64,000 bases of DNA, from NCBI RefSeq assembly GCF_018350175.1, contig NC_058368.1, positions 60,266,001 to 60,330,000 of the forward strand, read 5' to 3'. Source of the DNA: Felis catus. Taxonomy: Eukaryota. Position numbers and translations under genes: made by a program. A model generated the notes under the pieces. That model saw only the letters and a list, made by a program, of their open reading frames with translations, was not told the DNA's origin and ran no database searches. Shown here one piece after another: positions 52,701-64,000 of this stretch (position 1 is its first letter; every line of letters starts with the position of its first letter).

Positions 52701-54411
52701 CAAAGTCAATTATTTTATCTAATTTTGGATCATAGTATTGAAAATTGACCTTTTAAAATTCACTTCTCTCAAGGCACTTATACCATTTACCACGACCCTA
52801 AATCTGCTGAAAATAACAAATAGAACTTTTCTTTAGTTGGGAAAGCACGAACAGGTGCCAGCACAAGTAACATCACAACACACTGAGCCCACCAGAATGA
52901 AAGAAAGTACACAAAGGCCACCAAACACTCCTCTTGTGTGAAAATCTCAACAGCCTCAGGGAAAATACATAGTGGACAAATTGTCCAAGGGCCACTGCCC
53001 ACCAGTAATACTGTTGGTGTGCACGTTGAAAATAGGGGGCCATGTGTGAACACACAACACAGAATCCCTTTTGTTGCTGTGGATCAAACATAGCACAATC
53101 CCAGCTGCACAACTGACTTTCTCGTTCCTTGGTCATCAGTACCCAAATGTCAGCCAGACTCAACCATAAAGTCTTACAGGGAGGGCCTTCCAAATAAACT
53201 ATTGGCCCCAAGACAGCAGCTTCACCGAAAACAAAGGGTGGGGGAAACAAACAAACAACAACAACAACAACAAACCTCTGCATGTAAACAGAGTTTTCCT
53301 GCTGGGAAACATTAAACTCCTGACCACTAGATCCTTGAGGAAATTCACATCCAATTGTAATTCGACGTAATATCTAAGAGGATAATTCTAAAGCAGCCTG
53401 ATGAATATGGTGAAATGCAAGTTGAAAATGCCTTTTATGGAAAATCCAGGTCTCTTGCTCAAGTTGAATAAATAAGTAAAAACTTAAAACACCCAATGAT
53501 GCATGTGGTGGAGATTCCAAGAACAATGACAGACAAAAGTATCAGCTATCTTATGGCTTTATATTTGTTCTTTAATTTTGAACGCATAACCTGAACAAAG
53601 GTATCAGATACCTACCTTCAGCATGCTACCAAAAACATGCGCCTTCACCATCCATCAGTTCCTATGTGCTCTCCTTTAAATATAATTTTCAGTAGATAAC
53701 AGAATTAAATAGTGAGCCTATTCACTGTGGATTTTGTACTTATGTTTGGCTAAAAACTGGCCTGTTGACTTAATTTATAAAAAGCTTCTTAAAATGTCAT
53801 AATTATGATACCTGTGGGGGTAATGTCTGACTAAACCAACTATTGTAGTAAATAAAGGATCTTGCTGACTAGGTTACATTTTTATCAACAGGATTGTCAT
53901 AGCAAGGCCCTTGGACAAGCCACACAAGTAAAATCACTTATTTCATTCTTACTTTTCCTTGGGAATGTCATCAGAATAACCCATGTTGCTTTTGTTTTAG
54001 ATTTATAAGTATCCCAATGCTCTCTGGAAAACAAACTAGTCACTGTCAATAGCACAGTGTTTTAAACACTTTTTCTAAGTTTCTACTTTTCTAGAATACT
54101 GTTTTCTCTTATTACTTACTGTTATAGGAATTTAATATGAAATTTTTCAGCATTTATTACTTTTTAATTTTTTAATAATTGAATATTGGCAAAAAGATTA
54201 AAATACAGTAATAATCCAAATTTTCAAAAATAATTTACACAAAGGTATTAAAACACAATTCTAAGAGTTTAGGCAATAAATTATGTAGTCTTAGCTTCAT
54301 CACTAGAGATAAAATACAATGTAAAGTTCAAATATGAGTACTTTAAAGGTCAACATTACCTTGGTTATATACATTCCCTTGAATTCATTAAAATTTTTCA
54401 TGACTTTAAAA

Positions 54412-54626
54412 AAAATAATGTTTATTTATTTTTGAGAGAGAGAGAGACATAGAGCATGAGTGGGAGAGGGTCAGAGAGACAGAGAGAGAGAGAGACAGAA
54501 ACCGAAGCAGGCTCCAGGCTCTGAGCAGTCAGCACAGATCCCAATACGGGGCTGGAACCCACAGACCACGAGATCATGACCTGAGCCAAAGCCACACTTA
54601 ACCGACGGAACCTACCCAGGTGCCCC
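54412..54626 (-). mobile_element. Can-SINE
   Basis: TSD aaatttttcatg(a/c)ctttaaaa. Confidence 0.94.
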
Positions 54627-54669
54627 AAAATTTTTCATGCCTTTAAAATAAAAATTAGTTTTATTTTTA

Positions 54670-55855
54670 ATGTAAACTCTTTATTGAAATATAACAAAAG
54701 GAATTAGTGTGCATTGTCCATTGAATTGTCAAAGTTAACACAATTGTATAACTAACATCCAAATCGAGAAATAGAACATTATTAATATCCCAAAGTTGTT
54801 TCTTGTGCACCATTTCAATCTTCAAACACCCATCTTGAATTCATACACTATAGATCAATTTTACATTCATTTTAACTTAGTGAATGTAATCTGAAGTATG
54901 CACACTGTAGTATCTGGCTTACTTTGTTCAAATTATCTTTGAGACATTCTTCTCTGTCAATTCCTGTAGTCTTTGTTCTCATTGCTCGTGCACTAGGTTA
55001 TACATGAAACCACTTCTATGGTAAACAGGCATTTTGTGTTGTTTCAACTTTTGAGTATTATGTATACAGCTGTGCTGAATGTCTTGTATGTCTTTTGTTA
55101 AATATATGTTAGAGAGACACGAAGGGGTAGAATGTCTGGATCAAACTGAATCTGTATATTCTATTTTTATAAGATGCGGCCTAATAATTGCAAAAGTGAT
55201 CACACCAATTTATGCCAGTTTTTCCACATGTTTAACAAAACTTGCTATTTTTTGACTTTTTCTTCATAGTCATCATTGTGGGTGTCTAGTGATAGCATCT
55301 CATGATTTTCATTTCCTTGATGAGAATGAAGTTGAAAGTTTTCATATATTTATTGATCGTTCCAAAACCCTGTTTTATGAAATGCCTGTGCAAGACTTTT
55401 GCCTATTTTTCTGTTAGCTTACCTGTTTCTTTCTAATTGTTTCTTTTTCATAGATGCCACTGTTCTAGTGAAATTCCTTATTTTTCCCTTTATTTTTTTT
55501 AACATATTTATCAAAGTTATTTTAAAGTTTTTGTCAGTAATTCCAATACATGGATCACTGCAGATTAGAGTTTACTATGCTTTTGTTTTTCATTCTGGTC
55601 ATATGATTGGGTCACATAAATATTGTGTTTTAAAAGTCGCTACATGATGAGCTTCCTTGACAGATGATTAAGCCTTCCCTCTGCTGGGCAGATGGAGCAG
55701 AGGCTGACCATCTTAACCCAAAGAGGGATTGTGTTCAATCTGCACTGGAAACCAGGACAGTTGTCTACATTTGATGCATAGTTGATCATCTAGGATTTCA
55801 TTTTATTTATTTATTTTTAATGTTTATTTTTGAGAGAGAGAGTGAGAGGGGGAGG

Positions 55856-55898
<43 letters not shown>

Positions 55899-56530
55899 GG
55901 AAGCAGGCTCCAAGTTCTGAGCTGTCAGCACCAAGCCCACGCAGGGCTTGAACTCACGAACCACGAGATCATGACCTGAGCTGAAGTCAGACATTTAACT
56001 GACTGAGCCACTTAGGCACCCTTTGATCAATCACCTAGGATTTTAAACTCTGAGCCTAGTGTCTATGAGGGCCCCTCCCTTGATCGATACCTGATTCTAG
56101 AATTTTCTCACAAGACTGAGAAAATGCTGCCTGAGTTTAAAACTCAGTTTAGATTTTCAGGTTCCTTCCCTGTAAAAACCCAGACTGGCACGCCCTGCAT
56201 GCTGGAGCCCAAGTTCCTACCAAAAGCTCTCTGTCCACACCCAATAGCTTTCTGCCAACACAAAGGTTCAGTTCTCGGACATCTGTTCCTGCTTAGAAAC
56301 AGTGAAGTCTTCTAGAATAAAAGTGGCTGCAGCTGTCAATTCATCTCTCAGAGGTTCTTTCATCCTTAGGGTTTTAGCCACCACCACTCCCCCCCCACCG
56401 CCCAGATCTCACTGACACTGAAAATTTCTGATACTTTTAAAGAGATAATTCCCTATTTTAACCAGCTTTTTAAATTTTCTTTGGCTGGAATGCTCATGCA
56501 AACTATTTCATTCTGTAGAGAAGCAGAAAT
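54670..56530 (-). mobile_element. Old L1 (L1ME-like) 3'-end fragment joined to 5'-region fragments
   Basis: 'tttattgaaatataac...atctggcttactttg...atttccttgatgagaatgaagttgaa'; the later part resembles L1M 5' regions. Confidence 0.65.
55799..56021 (-). mobile_element. Can-SINE with (GA)n expansion, nested in L1
   Basis: Degenerate TSD ttgatca...ctaggattt. Confidence 0.94.
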
Positions 56531-57150
56531 TCTTAATCACAATGGATTTTAAAATATATATTTACATATATATATATATATTTGTGTATGTATGTACTCA
56601 TATATGTGAGTTAGATGTGAGTTAAAATGTTTTGAACTAAAGAAAATTACATGTAAACCTAACATTTGGGTTTTGAGACTTTAAGAATAGAGAGAAAGAT
56701 GGACATATGTATAACAGAGCTACACTTAGAGTTCTTCCATGTGCAAGTTTGAAATAGTCTATAATCTACATTTAACAAACACCCACTGTGTAGCATGCAC
56801 TCATACAGATTTTGCTTGACTTTTGCTATAGGACAATAGATAGTCTTTCTATTATATTCCTTTATAATTTCATCAGGCAATTCTTATTTCTGGGAACAGA
56901 TCTAAAAAAGAGGATGAAAATTATTTGGTTTATCCCACCAGGGGAGGAAAACAGAAGTAAGAATCTAGAATCAAAGTCAAATCATAAAGGCAGACTGAAA
57001 TGGGAATGTATATAGATGAAGCAGAGAAAGAGAAGGAAAAGTAAATAAATCTAAGAAATCAGAAAATGGCTTTAGCTAAAATTTTTAAATTAAAAAGACA
57101 GAAACTGTCCTTATTCAATTGTTTCTTCTTTGTCATTAAATAAACATTAT

Positions 57151-57390
57151 GGGGGCACCTGGGTGGCTCATGTGGCTATCTGTCCAACTTCGGTTCATGT
57201 CGTCATGATCTTGCGGTTGGTGGGTATGAGCCCCACATCAGGTCTGTGCTGACAGCTCAGGGCCTGGAGCCTGCTTGGGATTCTAGGTCTCCCTCTCTCT
57301 CTGCCCCTCTCCGACTTGCACTGTCTCTCTCTCTCTCTCTCTCTCTCTCGCTCGCTCAAAAATAAATAAATGCTAAAAAATTTTTAAAAA
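57151..57390 (+). mobile_element. Can-SINE (diverged)
   Basis: TSD aaataaac(a/t)ttatg. Confidence 0.93.
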
Positions 57391-59123
57391 GAAATAAACT
57401 TTATGAAGTTATAAGATTTGATTTTCATGTTGACTCTAAACGTGATGAACAATCTTGCGGGTTCATTTCACTCCAGTTTTTAATTTAAAGTTCAGTATTA
57501 TCCTTTACTTAAACTTTCCTACACCTTTATTTTTTTCGGATGCAACTTGCTCAATATGCTGCCTTTCCTGGTTTTGTTTCGTTTTTAAAAAATTGTAGCA
57601 TTCTTATGTTTCATGTGCTACTTATCTCTTCCGACTGATCATTAATAAAGATATTATTGAACACTTTCTAGGAATTATTTCAGGCTGCAGGGCAAGTTAA
57701 GTATGTCCTACATTATCTTATAAATTGCTAGCTATACAATTCTCACAATGTGTTTGATTCCCCACAAAGTCACCATTTGATTTTGTTAGTTTCTCTAAAT
57801 AAAGTCTGTCTGCGTATTTCTAGCAACCTTTAGGCTGTGAGAGTTAGAAACACGATTCCTTGTTCTTCCTAATCAAAATGCTCTTAGGCAAATGTTAAAG
57901 CTTATTGCCTTTGCTTTACAATCCATCCATTATTTCTTTTCACTTGTTAGACATCAAGGAGTAAACTTAACCTAAAGTCATGTGTCAGAGGGAAGTTCTG
58001 CTCAGCCGTAACAATTTGATTTAGTTAAAGCACCTACGTATTAAACTTGTCAATGTATATCTATAAATGTAATATACTTGGATTGAAACTTGAACATAAG
58101 TGTTATATTTTAAGGTTACACATAAGAAACATAGCTATTTGAAATATGCTTGATTTTAGTATAATATTAATTTCAAAAAACCCATGATAATATTAATTCT
58201 TTACTGTTATTATTGTTATGCATGATTGCTGATGATAATAGAAATATCTAAAAGCTATTCATGTAATATTTTAGCCAAAGCACCCACTTTTATACATGAT
58301 AAGAGGAGCTATTGATTTTACTAATATTTTCATAAGAAAAAACTGTGAAAGGAAATGTATTTCCCAATTCGGAGTCAATATCCTCATTTTTGTTTTTACA
58401 GATAATATAGAATAAATTAATTGGAGGAAATTTCTTGACCTAAAAAGTCCCAAACTTTGTATTGGAACACAAAACACATGCTATCAATAACAAAGCATCT
58501 GTTTCTTGGCTTTCCAGTTACTCTTCATTCACAGATATAGTTTACAAGATAAAAGACAGTGAGTTTTTGTATAATACTAGTTATAATTTGACGCCCCACA
58601 TCTAGGAAGAATCTTACAAGAATCATTAACGTAAAACATATATCTTTACTAGTAAAACAAACATAGTCTACAAACCTGAAAGTTCCTGAATATTGAGTTC
58701 CCAAATCTGTTTCAAAAGCGTTTTCTCTATAATAAGAATAAGCTTTCCTTGACATAGTAAAAATGATTTTTTACAGCTACATTGTATTATGAGTCATTAG
58801 GATGAATCTAGAATCTGTCTAATGAAGTTCTTATACACAGAAACAACATTTACATCTGCATATGTAATACTCAGTGATAATTTTTTAACAAACAATTCTA
58901 ATTTTCCCCTGAAGGAAAACAGAATTTCAGAAACAAGACAAAACTATTTGGTACACTTTTCCATTCTTTATTGGCTCTTGCAATGAAGCACATTCAGTTT
59001 ATGCCTCAAAGTGGAATTCCTGATTGTTTTGTAAAGTTGTCCTATTAGATATTTGTCACAGGACTAACCCAACCTTAACACTTCAACAGGGACAATTTCT
59101 AATTAATTCTTAAACTACCCTAG

Positions 59124-59798
59124 TGTAATGAGTTGAATAGTATCCCCCTGAAATTCATGGTCACGAACCTCAGAATGTGATCTTTTTTGGAAATCGAAGG
59201 CTTGCATATGTAATTAGTTAAGAATCTCGAGATTCAATCGTCTTGAATTTAGAGGGAGCCCCGAATCCCATGCCCAGTATCCTTATAAGAAGGGGAGGGC
59301 ACAGGGGTGCCTGGGTGGCTCAGTCGGTTAAGCGGCCGACTTCAGCTCAGGTCACGATCTCACGGTCTGTGAGTTTGAGCCCCGCGTCAGGCTCTGTGCT
59401 GATGGCTCAGAGCCTGGAGCCTGTTTCAGATTCTGTGTCTCCCTCTCTCTGACCCTCCCCTGTTCATGCTCTGTCTCTCTCTGTCTCAAAAATAAATAAT
59501 CGTTAAAAAAAATTAAAAAAAAAAGAAGGGGAGGGCACAGAGCTGCATGGAGGGGAGAAGGCTAGGTAACGATGGAGGCAGAGATTAAAGTTATGCTGCC
59601 ACAAGCCAAGGGATGCCTGGGGCCAACAGAACATGGCATAGGCTAGGAAGGATTCTTCCTTAGAGACTTCAGAGGGAGTATGGTATACACCTTGATTTCC
59701 AATTTCTTGCCTCTGGACTTGTAATAGCACAAATTTCTGTTGTTTTAAGTCATCCAATTTGCTGTCCTTTGTTATAGCAGCCCTGGGAAACTAATACA
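59124..59798 (+). mobile_element. MLT1 (B/C-like) solo LTR with nested SINE
   Basis: TGT...ctaatACA termini; 4/5 TSD cctag/cctgg. Confidence 0.9.
59304..59522 (+). mobile_element. Can-SINE nested in MLT1
   Basis: TSD aagaaggggagggcaca(g) (59287, 59523). Confidence 0.97.
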
Positions 59799-60019
59799 CC
59801 TGGTGTGGGTTGCTTTGAAGGGCAGCCTTACAAGAGACCCTCTAGAGAGCTGTTTTATTAGTGTTACTATAGCAACTTACAGAGCCTGTGTATAACAGAG
59901 AAAGGAACCAGTCTTGGGCAAAAAATGAGAAAACATAGCCTACTAGTAGATGTTGGAGCTAATGCAAGTGGGAACAAAAAACAAATTATAGAATTGTACA
60001 ATCATGTATTCGACCATGA

Positions 60020-60190
60020 ATATTCATAAAATAAGTATTTCTAAGAACCTAGTTTATGCCAGGCAACGCGCTAGGTACTAAGGATATAACAGATATTAAA
60101 AAAAAAAGTCCCTGCTCTTATGGTGCCTTCAATTTATTGAAATAAGGAGAAAAATAATATGTATTTCATACATGTCATTAACTGCTATGA
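60020..60190 (-). mobile_element. L2 3' fragment
   Basis: 'tatgccaggcaacgcgctaggtactaaggatat...gtccctgctcttatgg'. Confidence 0.75.
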
Positions 60191-60247
60191 AAACAATACA
60201 CACAAAGTGTTACTGGGATACGTCAAAGTCCCTTATGCCATCCAAAA

Positions 60248-60426
60248 CAATGGTTCTCAACTTTAACTACATTGAAATCACTTAAAAAGCCTTTAAAAAT
60301 CATATAAGCTTACCTCCTTCCTCAGAGATGCTGATTTAACTAGTGTGTTTCTGTTTGCTTGTTTGCTTTGCTTTTGTTTTTAAATCTCCCTGGTTGCTTT
60401 CAGTGACAAAACTCTGAAATTCTCTG
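60248..60426. mobile_element. MER5-type hAT-Charlie MITE
   Basis: 'caatggttctcaact...cagagatgctgatttaa...tctccctggttg'. Confidence 0.65.
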
Positions 60427-61289
60427 GGAGTTCAGGCTTTTTGGACTGATGCTCTTCTTACCTCATGGTAATAAGGTGAGAAAATGGGTGCTGTTCCCTC
60501 ATGATACAGGCTAGATTGTGCTGGATCCATGGCACAATGACTAATGGCTGCTCCCACAGAGAGCTCAGTTCTGTGATCTGAAGGGGTAGCCTGTCCTCTC
60601 ACATTCACATGAGACAGATTCAAATCCTAACCTACTAGTGGTGGGAATTCCATGTTTTCTGGTTCCATTAAGTACCCAGAAGTTACTTGTCTTTTTAACA
60701 GTCACACCAAGGTCCAGGCTCTTGGCTTCGGTTCTCTTGGTTTCTTAATGTTTTCACTCTTTGTGAAACAACGTGGCCCCCGTATCCACTGTGTTCAATG
60801 GAAAATATAGAACTCACTTTCCTTAATACCCGAGGTTAAATGGTTAGAACTAAGACAAAAAGCAAAGGGTGAGAGAGTTGGAGGACACAAAACAAAAGTC
60901 CCCTATCCTATGTTCTAAACTCCAGAAGGGGGAAAGAAAGAAAGAAGAAATGGGGGAACGCTGACCAAGATCGGAATAATGGAAGGATAAATTTTAAAAA
61001 ATAAATGACAGGAGAGACCTGCATAATTGTATAGAATGCTATTATAAAGCTATGATTATCTACATTATTAATAACTAGGTATATCATAATTAAATTTTGT
61101 AATTGTTTGGGATAAAATGCTGCATTTTTCTATCCATTAAGCTTTCACCAAATCAAACACAAATTGGAATCCAAATTCTTTCAGTAGATATGTGTTCTCT
61201 GCCTGCCCCGTGTCTCTTCAAGGACCAGAAGGCTCACGAAGTATCTTGGTCCAAGACACCATCAGTTCTCTGCTGGATCATTCAGTGTC

Positions 61290-61900
61290 CTACTAACTGA
61301 TCTCTGTGCTTCTCTGCCCATCTGCAGTTTAGTCTCCACAGAGTAGAGTGATCTTTTTAAAATATAATTTAGATTATGTCACTCCTCTGCTCAAAATCTC
61401 CCAAAGGCTGCACATTTCACTTAAAATAAAAGTCAAGGTCAAAAATGATGTACAATTTCTGACCTCATCTTCTCACTCTCTGGTTATAACCACACTAGCC
61501 TGCATGCTATTCATCTAACATGTCAGAGAGGTCCCTGTCTTAGGCCCGGAAGGAGAGCTACTCTCCTAGATATCTTCACTGCTAACTTCCACACTCCATG
61601 CAAGGCTTGCTGTAGCTTCAGTTTCTCAGGGAATCCTGCCCTAGGCACCTTATTTAAAGTACCAACTTTGCTATATCCCAGATACCAGTAGTATCAAGCT
61701 CTTTTCTTCTACTCTAACCCCTATCATTTTTGCAAAGTACGTCTCTCTTCCTAAAATATTACATAATGTATTCATTTTTATGTGTATTATTTATATTCTG
61801 ATTTCTTTTGCTCCATGAGAACAGAAATCTTTGTTTCTTTTTGCACTGATGTACTTATAGCAGGGTATCTGGCTCATTGTTGGTGTTCACTAAATACTGG
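61290..61900 (+). mobile_element. L2 fragment
   Basis: 'gattatgtcactcctctgctcaaaatctccc...gctccatgagaacag...taaatact'. Confidence 0.8.
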
Positions 61901-62317
61901 CTGCAGGTAGTCTTTGACCTGCTGGTGGATAGCAGTATATACCATTTGTGGAGAGTGGTTTATCCCACCAACTTCTCCCACCTCTCTCCAGTGGTAAAAG
62001 TGACAGAACTGAGTTAGCTGAAGAAAATAGAACAGGGAATTTCTCGTCCTTAATTAATAATTCATATGGTGGCATTTGTCACTTGGTTGGAAGATAAGGC
62101 TTGATGCTAAAGGTAGGTGTACATTCCCACCGTATGGAGAGAACCTCACAGGAAATGAAAGCAACACAAAGACAGAAACAAGCCGAGGTTTTGAGAGAAG
62201 AAAAGAGAGGTACAGTTCCCCAATAATATGTTTGTAATGTCTGGGTGGAAACTTGCCCTAGTCTAATTCAACCTCTTTTCAAAATCACTTATATGAAACA
62301 ATAAATCCCCGCTTTCT

Positions 62318-62547
62318 TTTTTTTTTTAATTTGTTAAATGTTTATTTAGTTTTAAGAGAGAGAGAGAGAGAGAGACAGAGCATGAATGGGGGGAGGGGCA
62401 GAGAGAGAGGGAGACGCAGAATCTGAAGCAGGTTCCAGTCTCTGAACTGTCAGCACAGAGCCTGATGTGGGGCTCGAACTCACGAACCATGAGATCATGA
62501 TCTGAGCTGAAGTCAGAGCATAACCGACTGAGCCACCCAGACGTCCT
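62318..62547 (-). mobile_element. Can-SINE (left unit of composite)
   Basis: Full body; no private TSD seen. Confidence 0.95.
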
Positions 62548-62631
62548 GAAATACCATTTAATTTTAAAATTATTTGATTAAACTTTGGAATATCTGAACA
62601 TGTGGAAAGAATCATTTGATGGGTTCATATA

Positions 62632-62837
62632 TTTTTTTAATGTTTATTTATTTTTTGAGAGAAAGAATCAGAGCATGAGTGGGGGAGAGGACAGAGAGAG
62701 TGGGAGTCATAGATTCCAAAGCAGGCTCCAGGCTCTGAGCTGTCAGCACAGAGCTTGACACAGGGCTAGAACTCAGGAACCACGAGATCATGACCTGAGT
62801 GGAAGACGCTTAACTGACTGAGCCACCAAGGTGCCCC
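62632..62837 (-). mobile_element. Can-SINE (right unit of composite)
   Basis: Full body; no private TSD seen. Confidence 0.95.
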
Positions 62838-64000
62838 TAAATCTCCACTTTCTACTCACCACAATTTAATTGGTGTTTCTGACAACCATACCCCCCAATA
62901 TTTCTGACTCATTCTGTAGAGAGCAGGGAAGCTTTATGGCTTTGTTGTTATGTTTTTTCACAGTGGCTCCAGCCATCAGTCATGATGTGTCTAGCTTATT
63001 TTTCCAAAATGCACAAATTGATTGTGATAAATCATGTCTGATTGATTCCATATTCCCTGCACATTTTAGGATGACCTAAAGGCTCATTAAAATAATTTAG
63101 AGACTTCAAAATCACAATTTCTTCTTGATCTGTAACATTTTCAAGCTCCGGCTTCTAATCTCATTTACATCCCTTTGATCACCATCAACTTTTCCTGATC
63201 ATTTTCATTTAGAAAGCTCAGCTTACCTCCACTCATTTTATATCTCTAAATGTGCCTGTGGCCATTTTTCCCAGTACTCTGAAAAGTATGCTTTTTTCCT
63301 TAACTTTGACTCCTTTTAAATTCACATTTTGTTTGCTCTGAAGTAACATGGACAGATCTCAACTTCCCGTTTTCTAAATTGTGCAGGAGCCTTTTGTTCG
63401 AATCCGTATTACACTAAATCTCATGCTTGCCTTCTCATTTATCTCCGATTTCCTTTTAGCTCCCAATCCATTTCATGATCCAGTTTAAAATGCCTATCTC
63501 TCTGAAACATACAGAGAGATGTGCAATCTCATTTAATTTCACTCCCTATTCATCTGCCCCGTTGCACAATGTCACAACGATTGCTTATAGGAGAACATTG
63601 TCTGCCACCTCTAATGATAACTTTCAGGGTCTTCTGTTTAATCAGCAATCTGTGTCACTTAAAATTTAGTGTAAAGCAGCATTTTCTTTGTTTCTTTAAA
63701 TACTCCCTTACACCCTGTTTTATTTATAGTTTGTTTTATAAATTAAAAACTCTGAATCATTCTAGGTTCTATAATTGCACCGTTGTAATATTGACTATTT
63801 GTTAGTACACTTGAACTTTAAACGTCTCCACAATTTCGCTTTCACAATTCTCGATATTAATGACAGAGATGACTTTGGTATTAACCAAAGTATCATTTTC
63901 ACACTTTAGTCAATATTATACTTCTTAGTGTCTTTGATAGTTCTAATTACACTAATTCATAAAAAATCAGCATGTCTCTAGATTGCTATCGTTTCCATAG

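Noticed and set aside
1..64000. Recurrent ORFs such as MAQSVKRLTSAQVMISR... suggesting a repeated small-protein family
   Set aside because: They are translations of Can-SINE bodies, not genes.

Overview
AT-rich mammalian genomic DNA, almost certainly from a felid. The evidence is about 29 tRNA-derived Can-SINEs of the feline SINEC_Fc type and a feline L1 3' end. I found no protein-coding exon, RNA gene or CpG island that I can support. The listed ORFs are chance frames, mostly inside SINEs, LTRs or microsatellites. The window reads as intergenic or deep intronic sequence made of layered repeats: young and old Can-SINEs (many with readable target-site duplications), old L1/L2/MIR/CR1 fragments, MaLR (MLT1) and ERV1-type LTRs, a Tigger1 derivative, MER5 and long microsatellites. 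Repeat family names come from recalled consensus features, not from a database search. I found no convincing novel biological system. The most unusual structures are (i) a SINE-84 bp spacer-SINE unit bracketed by a single shared TSD (62302-62853), (ii) a SINE inserted into the tail of an oppositely oriented SINE, giving an almost spacer-less inverted repeat (21616-22062), and (iii) several very young SINE copies.
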